Shown piece after piece: positions 59,120-64,000 of a stretch of 64,000 nt of DNA. Within the stretch, counting starts at the first letter, position 1; each line of letters opens with the position of its first letter. Origin of the DNA: an uncultured Chloroflexia bacterium (GTDB taxonomy: Bacteria > Chloroflexota > Limnocylindria > Limnocylindrales > CSP1-4); contig CAVYIM010000003.1 in NCBI GenBank assembly GCA_963768655.1, forward strand, positions 800,001-864,000, given 5' to 3'. The notes beneath the pieces are model-generated. The model did not search any database. It worked only from the letters and a program-made list of their open reading frames with translations, and was not told the DNA's origin. The translations under genes and the position numbers were made by a program.

Positions 59120-60316
59120 TCAGACAACGGCCGCCGCGAGAGCGCCGGTGGCTCGGAACGGGACCGAGGCGCCGCCGCCGGCCCGATCGAAGATGCGTCG
59201 GTACTCGGCGCCGACCTCCCACCACACCATGTTCCTGGCGTGGTCGTACGCCCGGCGACCCATCGAGCATCGCAGCTCGTGATCGCCGAGGAGTTCCACG
59301 AACGCGTCCGCGAAAGCTTCGGGCGAGTCTGAGACGAGCCGGCCGCGACCGTCGGCGAGGAGTTCCGAGGCGTAGACGTAAGGTGTCGAGACGATGGCCC
59401 TGCCGGCCGCCATGCCGTAAGCCAGCGTGCCGGAGGTGCTCAGGTCGAGGTTCGGATACGGCGTCGCCACGATGTCGGCGGCTTCGAGCCAGGTTCCGAG
59501 CTCCACCCGCCCGACGAACCGGTCGACGAACTGGACGTGCTCGCCCAGGCCGAGCGCGGCGACACGAGCCATGAGATCGTCACGGTAAGCTTCGCCGTCG
59601 CGAGCGAGCACAGCCGGGTGAGTTGCGCCGAGGATCACGTAGCACGCCGAGGGCTCGGCCTTGATCACGGCCGGCATCGCGTCGATGACGGATTCGAAAC
59701 CCTTGGCGGGTCCGAGCAGGCCGAAGCTGAGAATCACCGCGCGATCACGAAGGCCCAGGCGGGGCTTGGCCGTGTCGGCGGCGACCAGCGGCAGATGCGG
59801 GATGCCGTGCGGGACGATGGCGACGCGCGCCGGGTCCACGCCGTAGACGCTCGACAAAATCGATGCGCCTGCGTGCGACATGACGACCGACGTCTGAGCG
59901 ACGCCGACCAGCTCCCTCAGGATCTCGCGCTGAGCCGGCGTGGGCCGCGCCATCACACTGTGGAGTGTGGCCACGACAGGAACTCGCAGCGTGCGGACGA
60001 AGTCGAGGACGTACGAGCCATCGTCTCCGCCCCAGATGCCGTCGCCGTGTTGAAGGCAGACAACCTTGATCCCGCACTCATTGAGCGCCCGCGCGACGTA
60101 TGTGTAGTCCGTCTGCACGTCGCGTCTGATCCGATGCCGGACCTCGGCCGGGTACGGGCCGGGTTCGTCGGACGGGTGCAGGGCCACGATCTCACGCTCG
60201 CCGACCGTTGTGGCCAGGTCGTAGGTGAAGGTCGCAATGCCACACCGGCGTGGGGCGTAGGTGGATACGAAGGCGGTTCTCGAGATGAGGTGCTCCTGTC
60301 GGAGTGGGATCCGCAC
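59120..60316 (-). CDS. GT4 glycosyltransferase (start uncertain)
   Basis: PRRCGIATFT, PHGIP, FGLLGPAKG, SGTLAY...AIVSTPY. Confidence 0.9.
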   Translation of the reverse strand: MRIPLRQEHLISRTAFVSTYAPRRCGIATFTYDLATTVGEREIVALHPSDEPGPYPAEVRHRIRRDVQTDYTYVARALNECGIKVVCLQHGDGIWGGDDGSYVLDFVRTLRVPVVATLHSVMARPTPAQREILRELVGVAQTSVVMSHAGASILSSVYGVDPARVAIVPHGIPHLPLVAADTAKPRLGLRDRAVILSFGLLGPAKGFESVIDAMPAVIKAEPSACYVILGATHPAVLARDGEAYRDDLMARVAALGLGEHVQFVDRFVGRVELGTWLEAADIVATPYPNLDLSTSGTLAYGMAAGRAIVSTPYVYASELLADGRGRLVSDSPEAFADAFVELLGDHELRCSMGRRAYDHARNMVWWEVGAEYRRIFDRAGGGASVPFRATGALAAAVV

Positions 60317-60378
60317 TCGGGCGATAGGCGAGACGCGGCCCGGAGCGATTGACGCCCGGGCCGCGAATGCCGGGCGAA

Positions 60379-60582
60379 CTAGGCTGCGCTCACCTGGACG
60401 GCGCGCGGGCCCTTGGGGCTCGTCTCGATCTCGAATGAGACACGCTCGCCGCCGACGAGGCGGTCGAAGTCGAGGGGGGCCTGGAGACCGCCGCGATGGA
60501 AGAAGTATTCCTTGCCATCCTCGGCGGAGATGAAGCCGAAGCCGCGATCGGCCACGACCTTCTTAACAGTACCGGTGGTCAT
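60379..60582 (-). CDS. Cold-shock domain protein
   Basis: MTTGTVKK...RGFGFI...YFFH...KGPRA. Confidence 0.93.
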   Translation of the reverse strand: MTTGTVKKVVADRGFGFISAEDGKEYFFHRGGLQAPLDFDRLVGGERVSFEIETSPKGPRAVQVSAA

Positions 60583-60913
60583 GAGTGACCCCTTTATTCT
60601 CTTCCCGAACCAGATTGCAGACGCACGGTCAGTTCGGAAAGGGGGGTAGACCACGCGAGCGTTGCCGCAAGGTGCAACAACGCCACCCACGGTACTCGCA
60701 ATGTGCCGTTTGCACAAATGTGGACCGCCGGCGTTGCGCCCTCGCCGGCGCCCCGGTCCGTGGCCTCGTCGGGGCCCAGCGCGGCGCCCCAGCCTGCGGG
60801 CTGTGTGCCTGATTGGCTTGACCTGCAGCCGCCGCGGCCCCACTGTGGTACACAGTCGACCGCGCCGGGTCACGATTCCGTCACTCGCAGCGCACGGCAG
60901 ATCGGATGCCCTC

Positions 60914-61195
60914 GTGGCCCGCAGACCCTTCGCCACGCCGGACGCGCTCATCGTGGTGAGCAGCGACGGCTACTTCGACGTGTTTCGCCCGGACCATCGC
61001 CGGCCCAATGACAAGCCCGCCTATCGCGGCGTCCTGGCCGAGCTGGGGCCGACCGTACGGGGTCAGAACGACAGACTGTCTGTCCGCCCGGATTCACCCA
61101 TTCTCGAAACCGCGGTCTTCGTCTGGGCCGCGCACCACGGCGCCGCCGCGGTGAACGGCGAGCTCGGCCTGGGCCGAAACGGCGCCCAGAGCTAG
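60914..61195 (+). CDS. Small hypothetical protein
   Basis: 93-aa ORF with coding-like GC3 bias. Confidence 0.5.
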   Translation: MARRPFATPDALIVVSSDGYFDVFRPDHRRPNDKPAYRGVLAELGPTVRGQNDRLSVRPDSPILETAVFVWAAHHGAAAVNGELGLGRNGAQS

Positions 61196-61295
61196 AACCC
61201 CGCCGAGCCGTTCGGCTGAGCCTCGGGCTTTCGCCCTGTCTCCGGCTCGCCCGGCTCGTCGCGACCGCCTCCCTGCTGCCCGAAAGGATCCCACC

Positions 61296-61538
61296 GTGAC
61301 CGAAGAAACCACCCCCACCGCACCGCGCGCCGAGCCGGATCGCGGCCGTTCCGGATTCCGTTCCGCTTCTGTGGCCACGTCGGCCGACAGCCGCTCCAAC
61401 GGTGGGTCCGGAGTCCATCGCAGCCACCTTCGCAACCGCAAGGCGTGGCTTGGGCAGCGTACCCGGGCCGGGCAGACGTGGGCCCAGCGGAAGGCCGCCA
61501 GCGTCACCTATTGCCCTGCCAAGCAGCGGGTCGGGTAG
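61296..61538 (+). CDS. Small basic hypothetical protein
   Basis: AAAGGA RBS plus GTG; 80 aa. Confidence 0.4.
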   Translation: MTEETTPTAPRAEPDRGRSGFRSASVATSADSRSNGGSGVHRSHLRNRKAWLGQRTRAGQTWAQRKAASVTYCPAKQRVG

Positions 61539-61628
61539 CGCGAGAATCGGGGCCGGGCGGGACGGGCTCGTTGCGGCCCGCGGGTCAACGGCGGCGCCGC
61601 TCGGGCTTATCGCGCCCATCTCCGCGTG

Positions 61629-62054
61629 TCAACGGCGGCGCCGCTCGCGCGCCAGCTCGACCAGGCGGGCGTCCGAGATGCCGAAATGGTGAGCGACCTC
61701 GTGCCGGACCGTCTCGGCCACGCCCCGCGCCAGGGCGTCGGGGTCGCGGAATTGCCGCAGGTGCGGGCCGCGGAAGATCGAGATCTTGCTCGCCACCGCC
61801 GCGTCTCCCGCTCCGTACGCCGTCCGCGGTACGCCGGTATAGAGCCCGAGCAGCCCCGGCGCTCCGACTGAGGCGAGCTGGTCGAGCGTCGGCTCGTCCT
61901 CGATCACGATCGCGACGCTGCCCAGCCTCTCGCGGAAGACCGTGGGCAGCGAATCCAGCGCCTCGATCACGAGCGCCTCGAACGGGTCGGTGGCGGTCGC
62001 AGGATCCTCTGCTGCCGTGATGGGGATCGCGGGGTGCTCGATCTCGGGCTCCAT
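61629..62054 (-). CDS. Minimal zincin metallopeptidase (DUF1025-like)
   Basis: LLGLYTGVP, ISIFRGP, HEVAHHFG. Confidence 0.9.
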   Translation of the reverse strand: MEPEIEHPAIPITAAEDPATATDPFEALVIEALDSLPTVFRERLGSVAIVIEDEPTLDQLASVGAPGLLGLYTGVPRTAYGAGDAAVASKISIFRGPHLRQFRDPDALARGVAETVRHEVAHHFGISDARLVELARERRRR

Positions 62055-62206
62055 TGGCGCATTATCGGCCGCCCGGGTGTTTTGGCCGCGGCGTCGGCTG
62101 CCGTGGCGCCCCGACAGAAATGCCGGCCGGTCCCGCCTGTAGGCTATCGGTGCGGCCGCGGTCTGCATTGGCCGCGGCGACCGTCCAGGTGCGCCCACCG
62201 CCCGAG

Positions 62207-63085
62207 GTGGAGTTGATCGCTCTGTTCCGGCAATACGTCCGGCAGCTTCTGAGCCATGACACGACCGGCCTCGCGGCCGAGTTGGCGTTCCGTTTCATGT
62301 TCGCGACCTTTCCGTTTGTGCTGTTCCTCGCCGCCCTCGGCGCCTTTCTGGCGGGCTGGCTCGGCGTCGCCGACCCGACCGCCCGGATCATGACCGCGCT
62401 CGGAAACAGCATTCCGTCCGACGTGATCGGCCCCCTGAAGAGGGACCTCGATGACGTCCTCACCCACACGGAACCAGCGCTGCTGTCGGTCGGTGCCGTC
62501 GTGACGGTGTATTCGGCGGCCGGTGGCCTCAATACCCTCATGAAGGCGATGAACCGCGCCTTCGGGGTGCGGGAAACGCGGCCGCTTCCGGCCCGCATCG
62601 GCCTGGCCATCGCGCTGACCCTGCTCAGCGGTATCGGGATCGTGGCAGGCGTAGTGGCAGTCGTCGGCGGGACGCTCATTACGAGGGATATGGCCGATCG
62701 GGCGGGCATCGGCCGCGAAGCGTGGACCGTGCTCACGATCATCCGCTGGCCGTTGGTCTTCGCCGTCCTGGTCCTGGCCGTCACGGCTGTCTTCCGCTAC
62801 GCCTCGTGCGCCCGGCCGCCGTGGCGTTGGGCGCTCCTCGGGGCCGCCGCCTTCGCCGTCGCCTGGCTCGTCGTGACGTACGGATTCGGCCTGTATGTCG
62901 CGAGCCTCGGGCACTACCGCGCCACGTACGGTGCGCTGGGCGGCGTGATCGTGCTGATGCTGTGGTACTACCTGACGGCACTCATCCTCGTCGGCGCGGC
63001 CGAGCTCGTGGCGCTGCTGGTCGCGACTTTCGCCCCGTCCGAGGGCGCCGGCCGGGATCTCGTCGCCGAGCCGCGCTCGGAGTAG
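62207..63085 (+). CDS. YihY/BrkB-family membrane protein
   Basis: AAELAF...FPF, AMNRAF, YGALGGVIVLMLWYY. Confidence 0.9.
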   Translation: MELIALFRQYVRQLLSHDTTGLAAELAFRFMFATFPFVLFLAALGAFLAGWLGVADPTARIMTALGNSIPSDVIGPLKRDLDDVLTHTEPALLSVGAVVTVYSAAGGLNTLMKAMNRAFGVRETRPLPARIGLAIALTLLSGIGIVAGVVAVVGGTLITRDMADRAGIGREAWTVLTIIRWPLVFAVLVLAVTAVFRYASCARPPWRWALLGAAAFAVAWLVVTYGFGLYVASLGHYRATYGALGGVIVLMLWYYLTALILVGAAELVALLVATFAPSEGAGRDLVAEPRSE

Positions 63086-63183
63086 CCCCACGGCCGCCGT
63101 CGCGATCATGCGCGGCCTGGCCTGGAAACGAAGACCGGGCCGCGGGGATGGCCCGGGCCCGGTCGTGTGCGTGCCGGCGCGGC

Positions 63184-64000
63184 TCAGCTGCTGGCGGACG
63201 GATCGTCGATGCGGCCCATGAAGAGGATGGCGCCCGACAATCCATCGGTGATGAAATAGAGGAAGGGCTTGTTGATGTGGAACTGGACGTGGGGCGGCAT
63301 TTCCGGGGCGGCGGAGCCGCCACCCATCACGACGACTGTGACCGCGGCTGCAGTCACGCCCGTCTCGACCACGTCGATGTTGGCCTGGTGGATCACGCTT
63401 TGTATGTATAGGGGCACGTCTGTCGTGATGCCCGAGAAGTCGGCTGTGTTCGGGTTGAACGCGGTCGGCATGCCCATCGCCGCCAGAATGTCCGAGAGGT
63501 CGAACCTCGTGTCGGCCGAGAACCGCGGCAGCGTCAGATCGACGTCGTAGGTCGAGACCTGGCTCTCGATGCCGGCGAGCTGGGCTGCCGTCAGGCTCTT
63601 CACGAATGAGCTCATGTCGTCGGGAACGATGATCGTCATCGAAAGCGACGACCCGTCGCCGCCCAGCGGGAGATCGACGGCCCGATAGCCCTTGCCGGCG
63701 GCATACTGGAGCCACGAGTCCATCGCCATGGTCGGAACCGAGACCTTGGATCCGTCGGCGCGAGTGAATGGCAGGGAGTTGGTCGCGTCTGGGTCGAAAG
63801 GATGCGTCCAGGGCGCCTTGAGGTAGATCGCGTTGGCCAGGGCGATGCGGGTGTCCGTGTCGACGTCGCCCGGCCGCAGGATCTCGGGGATGCGGCCCTT
63901 CGTCCGCTCGCTCGCCCATTGGTTGATGATCTGTCGGGCGGCCTCAGGGTCCTTCTCGTAGTCGACGAGCCCGACGCCGGCGCCAAAGCTGGAGCTCAGG
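63184..64000 (-). CDS. Second serpin, 5' end beyond the window
   Basis: ALANAIYLKAPW, LTLPRF, ETGVTAAAVT hinge, INKPFLY...LFMGRIDDP. Confidence 0.92.
   Translation of the reverse strand, partial: LSSSFGAGVGLVDYEKDPEAARQIINQWASERTKGRIPEILRPGDVDTDTRIALANAIYLKAPWTHPFDPDATNSLPFTRADGSKVSVPTMAMDSWLQYAAGKGYRAVDLPLGGDGSSLSMTIIVPDDMSSFVKSLTAAQLAGIESQVSTYDVDLTLPRFSADTRFDLSDILAAMGMPTAFNPNTADFSGITTDVPLYIQSVIHQANIDVVETGVTAAAVTVVVMGGGSAAPEMPPHVQFHINKPFLYFITDGLSGAILFMGRIDDPSASS

Overview
High-GC bacterial chromosomal segment. Gene content and style suggest Chloroflexota (Limnocylindria-like) or an actinobacterium; this is an inference only. From left to right it holds: an anaerobic energy locus (group 3b [NiFe]-hydrogenase with fused beta-gamma subunit, a cNMP-domain protein, a membrane heme-b/FeS/CCG oxidoreductase, ferredoxin-fused EtfA and EtfB) with two matching DevR/OsdR-like promoter regions; a GreA with an N-terminal GIY-YIG-like domain; an hxlR-folE-ribD-like-pfk cluster; a PDZ serine protease, TPR protein, FGGY kinase and msrA; an orphan Flp pilin beside a truncated IS256; a secreted GH78 with inserted domains, a 14-blade RCC1/BLIP-II-like surface protein and a lipoprotein serpin; ArsR/SRPBCC, TetR/MFS and MarR/ABC modules; an EAL-PilZ c-di-GMP pair; an LLM oxidoreductase with msrB; an Eis-like GNAT; a csp/GT4/DEAD-box/KOW cluster; and a second, partial serpin. 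About ten genes carry small frameshifts, most likely long-read indel errors. I found no tRNA, rRNA or CRISPR array. All calls come from reading motifs by eye; no searches were run.
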